The notes: generated from the sequence alone by a model not told the origin. DNA of 64,000 bases from Podarcis liolepis (GCA_965112155.1 OZ218100.1); one strand, 5' to 3'; numbered from the stretch's first letter, positions 1 through 15,670 are shown. Translations and numbers: made by a program.

Positions 1-1949
1 GTAGGGTAGGCATTTATTTATTTTTATTTCTTGACTATTTTCTGGTTGGTTTTTTTTTTTAAAGTACAAATGATAAAAAGCCATGAAACAGAACATCATA
101 CAAACAGCAAGAAAAGCCCATCTGAACTCAGAATTTTAAAACCATTACAGTACGTGGGTAATCCCCCCCCCAGTCAGAAACCAGAGTTCTGACCATAGGA
201 TGTTATCTATCTCCTCCCTTCCAACTCTATGCCTATGAGGTGTGTACAGGTTTGAAGCAGCAAAGAACGCTGCTGGTGCAAAGCTATGCTATGCACACTT
301 TACTGGGAGTAGTTCAGTGGAATACAGTAGGACTTACTGGGCAAACGTACATAAAACTGTACTGTATAAACAGTAAAGAGACTATTTAATGACTTTGATA
401 GAACTGCCACCAGCTTCCTCTCAAAACAGGAAAGAGACTAAGTTTGAGTTGAAGTACCATATTTCCAATGAATAATATTGAGGCTCATTTCCCCCCCTGA
501 AACCACCCAACTCTTCAAACCATACTTTTAAAGGCTACTGATAACATTGGTAATGTATGGCTCACAACATTTTTATGGTGTGAAAAATTCCATTTCCATT
601 CAGAACAAGATAATCCTTCAATAAAAGCAATCTAGTTTAATACAATGAAACTGAATTTCCAATGCTGGCAGAGAATTAAGGTATTTAGAAAATAAAAGTG
701 TGTGCAAGATGCCTAATAATTTATTTGGCAGAGTGTTATCAGGTCTTGAAAAAAAATTAAAGGGGAACGTGGGATGGAGAGAATGTGTGTGTTCAGTTAC
801 TTTTCCCTGCCTCCTGATCTCCAATTTGCATGTCTTGAAATTATCCTAGTTGGTCATGATGCTGTAATTACTAGTTTGGCCCTTGAAATAAGTAAATATA
901 TATTATGTAAAGAATGTTCTTATACTGTCTTAGTCTAAGGAGATGGGGGGCCAAGATAGCATAGCAAGAAGGCAGGAAGGATACAGATATGCTAACTGGG
1001 GTTTTTGATGGCTCATTTGCCTCTATACTAACAAACTCACTTGAAATAAAGCTCTTTGTCTCACACTCTTGACTCAGCTCTAGTTGGCTATCAATAAAGC
1101 TGGCTCCACAGACAAGAGATTTGGACAAAATTTGTTTGGACTAAATTAATAGTACAATGATGCCACCTGTTATCAAAACTTGGATAAAGACAGTGCTTGG
1201 CAGGCCCTTTAAAGTGAAATGTCCCATAATTCTTGTGCTACAACAGAAAGCGATCTCGTCTTACAGAAAGACTGCACTTGAAATACGCCCTACTTCTTGA
1301 TCTTCAAGTTCATGAGGGATCAAGTGTGCGCAGTCCCATGTTGCTTTGGTTCTATAGTTTGCTTCTGCTAGGTCACCTAAAATTTCTGTAGTAACCCTGG
1401 ATCTGAGGGTCATTTCCCAAGGGTGGGAAGAGACCAGTAACAACTCCTATTTGCCAAGAGACTGAGGAGGAGGAGACAGATCTGGCTTCCAAGAAGCCTG
1501 CGGCATTGGCAGCAGCAGTGAGCAATTAATTATTTGGAGCCTGAATTTGCTGCCCCTGTGGATCTTGCCTTTTAAAGTGGTCCCCTCAGCTTGCCTCATG
1601 GGTGGGCCGGCCCTGAACCCTACACAAAACAGAAGACATGATAACATGTCTAGGCATGAACGTCAAATTTTCAGACACCCTGGATTTTCCCTGTAATTCT
1701 CCTGGCTCCATGGAAATCAATATGATGCACCAATCTCAGGTATAGTATTGCACAGAATGGAAAAAGCTACCGGTAATTAACTTTTGCCTTCAAAATCTTT
1801 ACTGCATCATGTTTACGGTTACCAAAAAGTCAGACAAGGAGAAAGGTACAGTATATATCCCTTGCTATGCAAAACTACGAGCCCACTCATCTATTCCTAC
1901 CCTATGCCTTCTCAGCAAATGCAAGCTATCTCAGGAAATGCATGTTTAC

Positions 1950-2135
1950 TGCAGGGCTCAAATCTCCATTTACCAATGATGTTCACTGGGTGACCTTGGG
2001 CCAGTCACCATATCTCAGCCTACTCTACTCCATAGAGTTGTTGTGATGATAAAATGGAGAGGGGGAGAACCATGTACGCCAATTTAAGCTATTTGGAAGA
2101 AAAGTGAGGTACATATAAATGTAAGAATAGAAATC
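1950..2135 (+). mobile_element. CORE-type tRNA SINE (Squam3-like) fragment
   Basis: Contains the core tgggtgaccttgggccagtcac...ctcagcct...gttgttgtga..ataaaatgg and an A-rich tail. Confidence 0.6.
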
Positions 2136-2775
2136 ATTCTTTATTATTATATTCATATTCCATCTTTTCTCAAAAGAGCTCAAGGTGCCATACATGGGTC
2201 TCCCCCTGAGTCTGTCAGGTTAAAATAATTGGTTCTACAGGCATTTGTCTTCACACACCCACACAGGCAGTCTAAGGTTCCAGCAAAAACCCACTCACTT
2301 TTTCCAACAACAATCCAGAGGTGCACTGATTCACAATAGATCCACACAATCTGAATCATGCTTTCAGAGTCTGCACTGAATTAGTAGCACTGCCAACGCT
2401 GTGTTAGACCCACATTGGGTATACCATTGGACTGGCAGGAGCCATTTATGATCATCATGATAAGCCTTCATCTTTCACTCTAGTTCTTGGTTAGTGACAT
2501 TCAAAAATAGGTATGTACCACCAGATTAAAAACCACTAAGAACTGTTGTGCTTGCATTGATAACATAAACACTCTTAGGGTAGAAATGCACCTTAGAAGC
2601 CGGGACGTCCTCAGAAAATGTGCTGAATTATCCTGCTCCCACTTTGTAAACAATGCCCTGTTTCCTGACAGAGTTATCTTGAGCACTTCCCTGCATCTGC
2701 CAGTGACTTTCGTTTGTGTAAAGTGAGACTGCGGAAATGGAGAGGGTAATTATGTCTGGAAAGAAATTATACTAC

Positions 2776-3102
2776 ATCATAGAATCATAGAACTGTAGAG
2801 TTGAAAGGGATCTGGAAAGTCATCTAGTCCAACCCCTGCAATGCTAAAGCATCGATGACAGATGGCTATCCAACTTCTGCTTAAAAACCTGCAACGAACG
2901 TCCACCACCTTCCGAGGGAGTCCATTCTACTGTTGAACAGCTTTTACCATTAAAAAGTTCTTCCTGATGTTTAGTCGGAATCTCCTTTCTTTTAACTTGA
3001 AGTCATTCGTTGGGATCCTAGCCTCTGGAGCAGGAGAAAACAAGCTTGCTTCATCTTCCATGTGACAGCCCTTCAAATATTTGAAGATGGCTATCATATC
3101 TC
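2776..3102 (-). mobile_element. CR1 LINE 3' fragment
   Basis: (ATTCTATG)n-type tail on the minus strand; minus ORF 2927-3121 encodes the CR1 RT C-terminus (GDMIAIFKYLKG...RFRLNIRKNFL). Confidence 0.9.
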
Positions 3103-3115
3103 CAGAGTACATGGC

Positions 3116-3570
3116 TGTCATGAGCCAGAGTCAGAGATCAGCAATAAAAAAAACCACTGGTGTGAGTGAAGTTAACTCTTTATTGAAAGAAACTAAAATA
3201 GTGCAGGCATAGTGATCACAGCAACTCTTCCCAGTAGGTCTTTCTAAGGTTCCTTCCCTGGTTCCTTCCCCAGCAGCCTAAGGCTCTGGCATCTTGCCTC
3301 TCTTTGCTTTGCCCTCCTCATTTCTCTGTGTGTTTTGGGAGACCAGCTGTTTCCTTCTTGTAGTTTCTTGCCAGTTATCAGGTTTCTGTAGCACTGCCTC
3401 AGTTTCCTGTGCATCAATGAAGCTATTATCCCCAGTATCAGGTGCTTCCCCATCATCTGTAATATTGTCTCCATCCCTCTCTGGATTTAGTTTAAAGCTC
3501 TGAAGGGAATGGGGGAACTCAGTTGCTCTGTGGGCAGTTGTTATTTTTCTGCTCTGAAGCAGTTGTAACA
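3116..3570 (-). mobile_element. LTR-like element (TG...CA), same family as 17555-18124
   Basis: Its 3' end (gtttctttcaataaagagttaac...ctgactctggctcatgaca on minus) aligns with 18048-18124. No clear TSD. Confidence 0.5.
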
Positions 3571-5875
3571 ACTACGTCTGAGTTGTAGGAATGAACACAA
3601 CACATAGAATTGCATAGGTTGCATCAAGGTTATGTCTTGGACCAAAAATGGTAATACAAATGTATTTATATCAGTTAATATTAACAGCCAATCCACATGC
3701 TCATTTGATGCACTATGGATGCAGTCCTATACTTGTTACACTAGATGAGAGGCAATGTGATATATTGGAAGCCCCACTATGCCTGCACAACACTAGATGA
3801 CAGATACAGCTGCACAAAGCCTCAGATATAATGGTGGGGCACTCTGTCAATGCAGATGTAGCATTGATGAATATTGTTAAAGATGGAATAGATAAAATAG
3901 GCTAGAGTCATGCTTACAATAGTGGTGGCACAGGGAAGGAACTATTTGGAAATGGTTTGCATAAAGCATTTTGCCTCCAGAAAATCTGAGGAAATTGCTA
4001 ACATATCTCACCTTGGGATGAGACACAAACATCAAACAACAAACTTGGCTTCACCTTCACTTTTCTATTATCTTGCATATTCTTTCCATTTTCTTCACTA
4101 TTCCTTTCACAATATCCATTCAATCTAGCTGCTCATTTAGGTACACTGAAATGCCCAGTTATGAAAGTACTATGCTGCTGCATGCATATTTTACTCAGCC
4201 TAGAAAACAGTTTCCTGAACTTTTATCTATTTCATGCGCCAAAACATCTGGGCTCCAAATGTGTCATTGAAATCCTGTTTCCTTTGTTTCCTGTGACTGA
4301 ACATTGACACTGTTGTCTCTGGGATTGCTTTCAGTGACCTAATCCAAAATTATTTGTTGTAAGATAAAGTAAAATGTATTTTTGAATTTTATATTACAGT
4401 TTACATTTAAAATTAAAAAATGAGTAAATACAGCAGATTTTAAAGCAACGCAGCAAATTAAAAACAATTTCAGCTAACAATTTAAAAAGCTTTTTCAGTG
4501 GTGATGCCAAAATAGTGGAAAGCCTTCATAAAGATTTACTAGCTCCCTTTCATTTTCTGTTTAGATCTTTTCTTAATAACTTTTTATTTTAGAAAAGTTT
4601 CCCATGTTTAGTAATTTTCTGCTTTCAAACAGGCTGGGGGATCTCAAGTAGCAAAGCAGGGCCAAACGTAAACAATTTAAACTTGGATGACATGGTACCA
4701 CATTCAACTACTTTAAATAATACAGTATAGAGATATTTTCACTTGCCTTTCTTTGGACAGCTGCTGCCAAATTAGGCAGTCCTTGGCTAGTAGAACAATG
4801 GCATGGCTCAGTCTAATTTATCAGGAAGTTTCTCACATCCTAATTGTGGGATTAGTCAGCAAATGTGACAGTGTCCACATGGTAGAAAGATGATGCAACA
4901 TGGTATCTTTAAAAGAAAAGAAAGTTGGGTCCTGCTTCACATACTTACAACTGAACGCTAAATGTGCATAAAAAGATTCAGTCACACTTGCCCTTTTATT
5001 TCCCTGAAGCAGATCTAATTGCTTCTCTTCTACAATTTTAGTTGGAGCATTGCATGTTGCTTTGTCAAAGGCAACATACTTTAATTTCTTACCCGCATCA
5101 TGCCCTGCTTCAAACACTCTCTTCTATTGGAATAGTCAACTTGGAATAATCCCCTTTTCCCCAGGACCATTCATTCATTTATTTAGCATTATTTGTTTGC
5201 TTTGTTTGCTTGTTTATATTAGTTGTTAATGTATTGTTTATTTATTCACACATCAATACTCAAGGCATAATGCATATATAACATTACCCATATGCACACA
5301 GGCAACACCCGTTTTATTTTATTTCTTCCCCCACTCCCACAATCCCAACTTCTAAAGGAATCCTTGCTAAAGGAAAGTAGCTACTCACTTATCACCTTCA
5401 TGTGTTTTTGGTACCATTACATCTAATTTATATTCCTCCCCACCTCAATCCCCTTTTGATTTACCTCAGATATGCCCAACTGAAGAAATTTTTAATCAGT
5501 GTTGCATGCCCCTCCACTGAAGAAAAAGAGCTGCTATCCCTGCGCAGGATAACACCTTAGAGATTACCTTAGATATTATCTTCCCCAACCTGGTGCCCTG
5601 CAGATGTAGCTGGATCAGATGAGTGTTTCTAGTCCAAATTATCTTGAGGGTGCGACGGTTGCCTTAGATATTAAAAAAAAAAAAAAACCCTCTTTCCCTC
5701 ATCTTTTACTTCAGGTCTGCCTGGCCTATATTTTATTTTCTCCTTACCGTGGGTTTTTTTAATAAAAGCAATAAAAAACCACACGTGAGCCACCTTGTTG
5801 AAAGTAACAAATAATATTAAGAAAACGTTTGACATTCACATTCCCCGCCCTCACAGCTCTTAATTTACCTCAGAC

Positions 5876-6093
5876 CCGTGGTTCCCAACGTGGGGCACAC
5901 GCCCCAGGGGGGGGGCAATTTGATTTTTGAGGGGGGCAATTCGAGAATGAGTTACTAATATTTAATGGCATTATAGCCTTCCTCCACGTGAATAGGAGTT
6001 CACTTTTTGAATAATAAGAAATATATGTCGCGGGGAATCAGGATTTCAGAGATGCTTAGGTGGGGCATGGCCAAAAAGGGTTTGGAACCACTG
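5876..6093. mobile_element. hAT-type MITE
   Basis: Termini c(c)gtggttcccaac ... gtttggaaccactg; the TSD is poorly preserved. Confidence 0.65.
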
Positions 6094-6136
6094 CCTTACT
6101 TATTTATTTAGGACAGCTCTTAAATTACCTTGGACT

Positions 6137-6281
6137 CAGTGGCGTAGCGTGGGGGGTTGGGGGGGCCGGCCGCACCGGGCGCAACATCTGGGGGTTAGGG
6201 TTAGGGGGCGCAAATCCACGGGTTAGGGGGCGCAAATTACTTGCCTTGCCCCGGGTGCTGACAACCCACGCTATGCCACTG
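6137..6281. mobile_element. hAT-type MITE with G-rich TTAGGG-containing interior
   Basis: TIRs CAGTGGCGTAGCGTGGG / CCCACGCTATGCCACTG; 8-bp TSD cttggact/cttggacc. Confidence 0.85.
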
Positions 6282-6399
6282 CTTGGACCAAACTGCCTCC
6301 CTCCCCTTCTTTTTTTAAACTGCACTCTCTTGCTAGGCTATTCCTTCTCAGCAGCCCCGATTAACCCCCCCTTCCTTGCTCCTCCGCTTTATGACTAGC

Positions 6400-7210
<811 letters not shown>

Positions 7211-7422
7211 GTGGAAAGGAAACCTTTTGTTTGTGGCAGGCAGGGTTCGAGTTTTCATCCCAGCTCCTTGCGCAAAAAAAGGCAAATGCTCTTCTCTACT
7301 GCGATAGCAAGAGGTGGCAGCACCCCAGTTGCTGGATCTGCTTCCCAAAAGGAAGTGAGATTGGCCTCTTTTAGGTGGGCAGCTGAGGGGGCAAGTCCTA
7401 AGCCCTTGCCTGTGAGTAAGCA

Positions 7423-7662
7423 CATGGGTGTGGCCAGTGCTTTTTTCTGGGGGCACGCAGGGGTACGCATACCCCCTAAACATTTTGTGAATCTAAGTTT
7501 GGCCTCATTGAGGGGCAGTTTTTCAATATGAGTATGAAAATGAAAGTACAGTACCCCTAAACATTTTTTTAGGAAAAATCACGGGGGGGGGGTCAGCTGC
7601 CCCCAATCAACAACAAAAAACGGAGGTTCTGCCCCCCCCCCCAAATCCTGACTATGCCCATC
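7423..7662. mobile_element. hAT-type MITE in the FAM89A intron
   Basis: TIRs catgggtgtggccag / ctgactatgcccatc; perfect 8-bp TSD agtaagca. Confidence 0.8.
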
Positions 7663-10600
7663 AGTAAGCACCATTCAATTCTGGGGAGGTATGGTTAGGA
7701 ATGTGCAGTAAGACACTTTTCCACCAAGCCCTTAGTGTTTACCTGTTGCAGACTCGTTTTTTTGCTCTCTTCTTCTTACTTTAATACTGTTTTTAGTTGT
7801 AGAGTTTTTAATTCTTGTAAATTGCATTTGGGGCTCCCTCTTAGGTCCAAAAGGCCGTATATACACATTTTTTAGGGATAAAGATATAAAATCTATTTTT
7901 AGATAGATTTAAAAGCGATAAAGGTGGAAACTGGAAGCTGTTTTGCTTATTAATCACTATGGCTACCTTAGCTGTGCTGAAGACCTTGGGCAGACCCTGT
8001 GGAATTTTTATACTTATTTATTTACCCTTTGAACAGTTGTGAAACTGAGGAGTTCAAATGGAGAATTGCCAGGAGGTAAAGGGGGTGGGGGTGGGGGCTG
8101 CCATTCTAGAATGACAAACCCAAAGGATGCATAGAGCTAGTTGTGCAATTCTTTGGGCCTAAGCCTGTGATGGTTACCCAAGTTGCAGTTAATGGATGCA
8201 AGACCTATCTAGGGATTGTGACTGAAACATTCCTCATGTGAGAGAGAAAAAGAAACTCAAATCGAAAGATTGGCAAACCAAAAAAACCCCACCTTGATAG
8301 CATCTGAAGTATGTCACTATTATCTTCCCTTTTAAAACACTTTTCTCATTCTGTCCTTCTCTTTGTTTCCTTCTAAAATAAAGTACCGTACTTAAAAGCT
8401 ATTTCCTCTAAAAATGATCTTGTTCATTCTTTCAGTTCCTCTACAAATTCTTTTAGTTAGAACTAATTTTTCATTCTGCGCTCTAGTCATAGTTGCATAT
8501 TGTACAAGCACACACGTGTTCTTTATATTCACTATTTGGATCAGAAGTGTTTTGTTCTGTTTCAGAAACTGGAATGTGACTTCTAGTAAGCAGGCTGCTT
8601 CTTTCCCACCTTTGACTTGTCTTCTGAAATGTAGGTTAATTGGCTTAATGGGCTTTTACTTTGCACAAGATTGGTACTTGGGCTGTGCACCAGATTGCTT
8701 ACAGCAGCAGATTCACATTGGTTTTTAAATGTGACTAAAAACTGAAGTGCTTCAAATATTGTTACACTAGCAGATCATGTAAGCAAACAAAGTATGGGCT
8801 AGATTCATTTTGAATATCAAGCATGGTTTTTTGTCTTATAAACCTATAAAGCAAGTTAAGAATGAATCCTTTCATTGTCCCAGAAAAGCTTTTGCAAAAC
8901 CCGCAATCTAAAAGGTTTTCCCATTTTAAGTGGTATACATATGCCTTTCATGAGACAAAAGCTTCAGGTTAAACAAGCAACATTGCTCTTAGTGAAACAT
9001 GACTGAATTATTAGGTACGCAAAACTTTTCCTTTGGATCAGTAACATGAAACTTCCAAAGGCAGCAGAAATCTATGCCTGTCTGGCACACCCCTGATTAA
9101 GTAATCTGGAGCTATCTTTTTTCCTGCTGTAGGAAGGAAGTTGCAATGGTTGACAAGTTTTCATAGAATTAGGATGTCAGCTCATGAATACGCACAGCAT
9201 GTGATCACTCTAAATCTGGCTATTTTAAGATGTGATTAAAAGGTATTTTCTCTTTGCAGTATTTGTGGGATACTGCTATCAATCTGCACATGGTCCTTGG
9301 AAACAGAACATGAAAGCATCATAGCATTGTCTAGTTCGGGCCATATGTGGTATACGTATGGCACACTGTATGTTAGGATCCTGTAAACTCCCTTCAAAAA
9401 ACAGCAAAGTATCAATTTAAAATACAGAGTATTAGAGTCAGACACCTTCTCTTACACATGTCCTCTTTGCATTCATGACAGTGCCCGCCAATCACAATGT
9501 TGCATACTGATGACACCCTCAGCTTCGCTGCACAAGGAAGAAATTATGTGTGGTGATGGTGAAACATCAACATCACCTTGCCCAACCACACAGATAAGAT
9601 GCAGCGCTGCAAACACATACTAGAGTGCCCTTACCACTGTGAACCACTCTGGTGCGTCCAGTCCAAATCCCATAACTGGGATCCCTGCAGGTGCCCTTGC
9701 ACCATGCACATGGGCCGGAGATCAGCCTTTGGACAGGAAAACATACAGGAAGGATGGGCATTCCTGGCATATCACCCAGCCTCACTTTTGCATGGTGAAC
9801 TTTTGGCCTCCCCTTGGCAACCATTCAGCCCCTGATGAGGAAAGTGTGTCTTTGTGAGAAAGAAAAGAGATCTTTTGCATGGTAGGAGGAATGGAGATAC
9901 CAGGTGGTGGGTGTGTAAACAGAGTAAGAGGAGCTGGGGCAGTGGATTTTAGCTCTCCATTAGCTTCAGTAGGAATGTTTTTAATTTACACACAGCCAAG
10001 CTTGGGGAAGCTTTGAAAACCTGTTGTTCCTCCTCCTGACACACTGCCCATTTTTTATCACTCTGCTGGTGGAATTGCACCCCGTAAGCCTGGTGCAATG
10101 CCAGTGTCAATCCCCATCACCACTGTTTATCATTAGCTAGTGCAAAGAAACCGACTGGCATTTTGACACCCCTCTCATCTGCAGTACATGGTGCATAGCT
10201 TATTACTGTAAGTTTGTCTACTACAATTTGAAACTCTATGGAATCTGGAGCCTGGCTGTGTGGTTTCTATTTAATGTTGAGATTATATCTCAAAGGTAAA
10301 AAACAAACAAACCCTAATTAGATGGTATCACACCCTCCACTATAAATCTTACTTGTATCTTTTGGATAGAAAATGAAATTGTATGTTCTGGTAAGAGATA
10401 TAAACCCAATTGTTTAGATTGCTTTTCTGATGATACCTAGCCTGCATATTTGTCTTGCTCATCCTTCACCCACTTTTACTTATAATTCTTAATCTTGCCA
10501 CCCCCACAAATACCTGCAGTTGTTGTTTACCTATGATTCATTTCTGTTTTCCTTATGAATAACTAGTTGAACTGTAACACGGCTAGCCTTGCAAGTTAGT

Positions 10601-13587
10601 TTTGCCCATTAGTGGGAGGTGAGTGTTTTGCTTTGAAGGGCAAATGAGAAGTCATCACTAGATCCACCTTAAGGGGAGAAAAGCAAGCTTAATTTCTGGT
10701 AGTAATATCATTTTTGAAAGGCAGAATAAAATAATGTGCTATGATCTTGGACACTGCAATGCCTATGCTATTTTTCTTTCTCTACTTCGGGGCCGGGGGG
10801 GGGGGGAGCCTGGCATGAGTTGTGTGAAAGGCAAGAATGATGATGTGAGGTGTTTGATTATATTCATATTATTTTCCTAAATGTCCTTGTGAAAAGCTGC
10901 CCGTATAAGCTGAAGGTAGTTGCATATGGCTAAAAAACAGAAGTCCTATGGACCAAAAAGTTAAATACATTAAAAAGAACATTTATGGCATAGTGCAGAT
11001 AATACAAAGTACTCTTGTCTTCCACATTCATTCAGTTCTCCATTACTGTGTAGGAAGGAAGGAGGCGGGTAATATATGATGAAGTAAGCCCTGAAAGAAG
11101 TTCTGTAAAATGCTCAAAGACTCTTGTTATACCTTGGGCAGTTTCTGTATTTAATTCAAGAATTTTAAGCGTTCAGAACAACCTGGCTTTGTACTTCATT
11201 CCTGTCCTTACTTTAAGCTACCCAGCTTCTGATGGAGCTCTCTTTTAAAATGCTTGTGTGAAAAGCTGGGAGTAAATAGGATGAAATTGTTGTAGTAGCT
11301 GGCTGCCCTCCGCAAGTGCTACAGCAAGCAAGCATCAAACTGAGTGTTCTTCAAGGGGCAGACACGCCCACTCAGGATTTTCTGGGCCCATGTGGATTAT
11401 GGATTTTGCCTTACTTGCAAAAGAGGGCATACATTTGCATACGTTTTGTGTCATACGCAAATTTGCATTCTCTTTTGTAGGGTGGAGGACCATAAGATAA
11501 ATCGGGGGCCATACAGGAATAACATGTCTGTCCAACAGAATGGGTGGTATCCAGCTGACTGCTTCCATTAGTGCAAATATTTCTCCATTTCTTTCCCCCC
11601 TCCACACTCCCCAAATTTGCTTTGGAAACCCCCAGAACAGATATGACGGGTGTAAGGAATGGAGATGGGGAAGTTCTGGATTTGTATATAAGGAAAGGCA
11701 TAACCTGTTAAATTACTGCTTGCCACATAGCCGTTAAAGGCACAGAAGCTCAGTTCTCCCTCAATGCTAACCCTAAACCATGCAAAGAACTCATGTTTCA
11801 TGATTTGTAAACCCCTTATGATACTGTATATCTGTCATCAATTAATCTTAGGCTAGCAATACCTCATTCAGTACAAGACCAGACATGGTGTTTCAGCCGG
11901 CTGGCAGTGGGGGTCACAAGAGATTTTAAATTTACAGTTATGATGCCTATTCTTGGGTAAAGATTACCGTACATTGTTTTAAAGGAGGAGTGTCTTTTAG
12001 GAGCATATGTTACAGCTATTTATTTATACCTAGTAAAAACTACAACAATATTACCAGCCAAGGTGAAACAGCCATCTTTTCTTTTTTTTAAGCAAAAAGG
12101 AGTAGTTGATCCTTTGACATGAATATATTCATTTAAGTGTATTAAGTGCAGCACCTTGCTCCCAAGAATCCCCGTTTCCTTCCCCCCATGAGTGGAAAAG
12201 CAATCCACTTCCATGTTGCTGCTACACCTCCCCAGCTTCATTTCTGTAAAAACAGAGGCACACACTTTTACGAGACTAGAATACACTGAGCTACACTGCA
12301 GGGTTGTCATACGGTATTATCTTCCGCCTCCCCGCTATCCAAGCAATATCAGCACAGCAACACAACTTTTTTGCAAGGATGCTGGAACCCACACTTTCCC
12401 AACCTCACCACACCCTCCCCCTGAGGCAATATGGATAGAGTAATGATGGGTTGTATTTATATTTGCATTGGTAGGATTTTTTTAAGTTTGCATACTCAGG
12501 GGAAAAATAAACTAGAGTTCAAAAGAGAATGGACTCTTTTCTTTGCTGGTACTTTTTGCTTTGGGGTAGACATGTTGTTGCCCAATTACAGCTATGCTCA
12601 ATTATTTTCTTTGTGCAACAACCACTTATTTACTAAGGAAGATGAACAGGCACCCTCAGAATGAAGCAGTCAGTCTCTGGAGAACAGTTGAGTCATACAA
12701 GTACTAGAGAAGAAAGACCCCAACATGGCTTCAAAATGAATGTGGAAGTCTTTTCCCATCGACCCTTAATTTCTCAAGAGCATTTGTGAATCAGAGCTCT
12801 GCTTCATGCATTGGGGGGGGGGGCACTGAAAGGCAGGAATAGTATCATATCTCACAAAGCGATTGCTTTGAATGGTACCTACACACTTTGCTTCATCATT
12901 TTCATTCTACAAGGGCTAGAGACAACCGCCCCCCGCCAACAAATCAAATGAAAGTGTGGAGCTGGGCCTGATACGTCAGTCGTCCCTGCACCAGTTTGTC
13001 AGAATTGGGTTCTGTTGATTTCCTATGAAGTAGAATTCAAAGCATATCGAGGGAGGAGGGAGAGAACACTGAATGTTTCCTCAATTCATGCTTTCGTTCC
13101 CATGAAGTTGCTTCTCTCCCATAGGGACACACTGACTAGAACCTTCCCCCAGGGGAGTAAAAAACAAAAAGGAGGGAGTTTCAGTCCCCCTTCTCCCACC
13201 AGCCCAAGGTGCACCTTAAACTACATTTATTTCCCCACTTTATAAGAAATTGGCAGTGAGCCACTTCTGACACAGGTCTGTGCTAATCGCATCTGGTTTC
13301 TCCTTAATGCAGCATCAGCCTATGGTTACACAGATCCTCTGCTATTAAAGAGGGCATGGTAACATGACTTAAGCATCAGGAATGTTTTGCCACGCTGCTT
13401 CCTCCATACTCCAGCTTCCCCCACAGCTGTTTCTTCCTTACTTTGGCAGGGTGGAATCTCCCACGTAATTTAATTATCCTGCTCATATTGTGTAATTGTC
13501 AGGTACAACACTGATCTTCTGAGTGAAGTCATTGTGGGGAGCAAAATGTGCAAGCACCAGCATTTTAGAAGTAAAATTAAGCCATAA

Positions 13588-13779
<192 letters not shown>

Positions 13780-14790
13780 GAACACAGCCGTTCCCTAGAG
13801 TAGAGCTGAGATCATCGGCATCTAATTGGAACTTAAAGTGCATTCCTGCCTTGTGCTGAAGAAAAGACGCTCTGCTACTTTGCAGCCCATTTATTTCTGG
13901 CATGCTGTCAACCCGAGTTACACATTGTGTGAATCCTCCTTTAAGGAAAGCCATGTGCGACAAATTTTAAGGCGTCCTCAAGCATGTTTGACAGGCCATG
14001 TCAGTATAATTTGTGAACTGGGTCTTTCCAGTTTGCACATGTTGGAAAATAACTTTCTATTAACTGTGGCTTGGGATCATGCAAGGAAGAAATGACATCT
14101 GGAGTGTTCTGACATGTAAAACATTATTAGTAATAATTATATATGTATTTTGTAAACATTTGAATAGTCTTTGAACTGCTGTTTTGACTTTTTATAGAAA
14201 ATCTTGTTAAAAGCTCAGAGCATTGAGGACCAACATGTACCTTCTCCAGTACTGTATTAGATAGACTTTTAAAAATCTCAGATACACTTCTGAAAGCCTC
14301 TTACCATATTCTTTTCCATTCCAAAGTTTACAAATGTTAGGAATCCTACCCTCTTTCCCCAGTGATCAGTTCACTCTTTCACTCACATAAGTTTTAGCTA
14401 TTTTAATCCAATCAATTTAAAGTTTTGTAACACTTGGTATATTTTTACACAAATACAGTGAAAGCAAATGGGTCTTCCTTTTTGTGAGCTTATATAAGTG
14501 TAATTAGATTGCTTATTCAGCGAATAGTAATATAAATTTCACACAAACTGAGACCAACAGCAGTATTTTATACTCCTTAATACTTGGAAGAGAGCTGTGA
14601 ACTTTGTATCTTATAAATCCAAAGGATGTGTACAAATTATTTGTAGGTTATTCTATGCAGCTTTTTTTTTATACTATTGTAACAGAAAACTCAAGCTTGA
14701 CCTGTAATTTATTAAACTTTATACCAAACATGGTGTGTGTATGTAAATAAGTAAAATTATCTAAGTACAGCCAAGCCTGCTTCCTTCACA

Positions 14791-14796
14791 AATAAA
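14791..14796 (+). terminator. Candidate FAM89A polyadenylation signal (AATAAA)
   Basis: AATAAA about 1 kb after the stop, at the end of an AT-rich UTR-like tract, followed by GT-rich sequence. Confidence 0.45.
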
Positions 14797-14849
14797 ACAC
14801 AAACTGCCACCTCAGTCATGTTGTCAGGTTTTGCACAAAACTCAGAAGT

Positions 14850-15027
14850 GAGTATTCCGGTTTTTGAACGATTTTCTTAAGTCAAATGTCCAGTGTGGCT
14901 TCCGCAGCTTCTGATTGGCTGCAAGACGCTCCTGAAGCCAATCGGAAGCCGCACTTTGGTTTTCGAATGGTTCCGGGAATCAGATGGACTCCCAGAACGC
15001 ATTCTGTTTGAGAACCAAGGTACAACC
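14850..15027. mobile_element. Tc1/mariner (Tigger-like) MITE fragment
   Basis: Internal palindrome gcttctgattggctgc...gaagccaatcggaagc and a terminus resembling gaaccaaggtac(c)ac. Confidence 0.55.
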
Positions 15028-15670
15028 ATACCAGGATGGTCACCTGTGAGACTAGATACAGAATAAGTCAGTTGCAATGGGACTTAAGTGTAGCTATTTT
15101 AATCTGGCTGTAACTTATAAATTCTTACTATGTGTAAAGGTGGTGGAATTTGCTTGGCTTTGGCTTTCCACCATGTACACAAAATATATAACAGCATGAA
15201 CACTTGAATAGCTAGTTTAACTAGTGACCCTGCAATCACCACCAAGTAGGGCCTTTGTTGGTGACAGTGCCCACATATGGATGCAACCAATGAATTTGTA
15301 ATGAGGGCACAGCCCTAGTACAGATTCTTGAATTGCAGACACCACAGTGTCCCCAATCCATCAGTAACGGGTAGCAACATGTCCCCAGGGCTACCTGCAG
15401 ACAGTGGTCTGAATCTCCTTCATGCTTCACACAAGCATTGTTTTGGAGCACAATTCACACAGCAAGGAAGTTGAGCCCAAGCAACAACGCACTTATGTAG
15501 CTTCCAGAGCAGTGCACAGTCTACCTGGGACAAAGCCTGAAGCTCTATTCAGGGAGAGAATATTTGTCAAGTAACCAGAGAGAGGTGCAATAGCAGCTGT
15601 AGACACATACTGATGGTAACAACCTCTAGCGGCTTTGCTGCTTGTTGGGAAGCAAGGAATATGCACGCAT

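Noticed and set aside
8566-8585. Possible 20-nt micro-exon (ttcag|...cta|gtaagc) in the FAM89A intron
   Set aside because: Weak exonic donor context and no other support; such sites arise by chance.
9573-9857. Three overlapping ORFs in the FAM89A intron
   Set aside because: No recognisable homology or convincing splice and start signals; consistent with a moderately GC-rich chance stretch.
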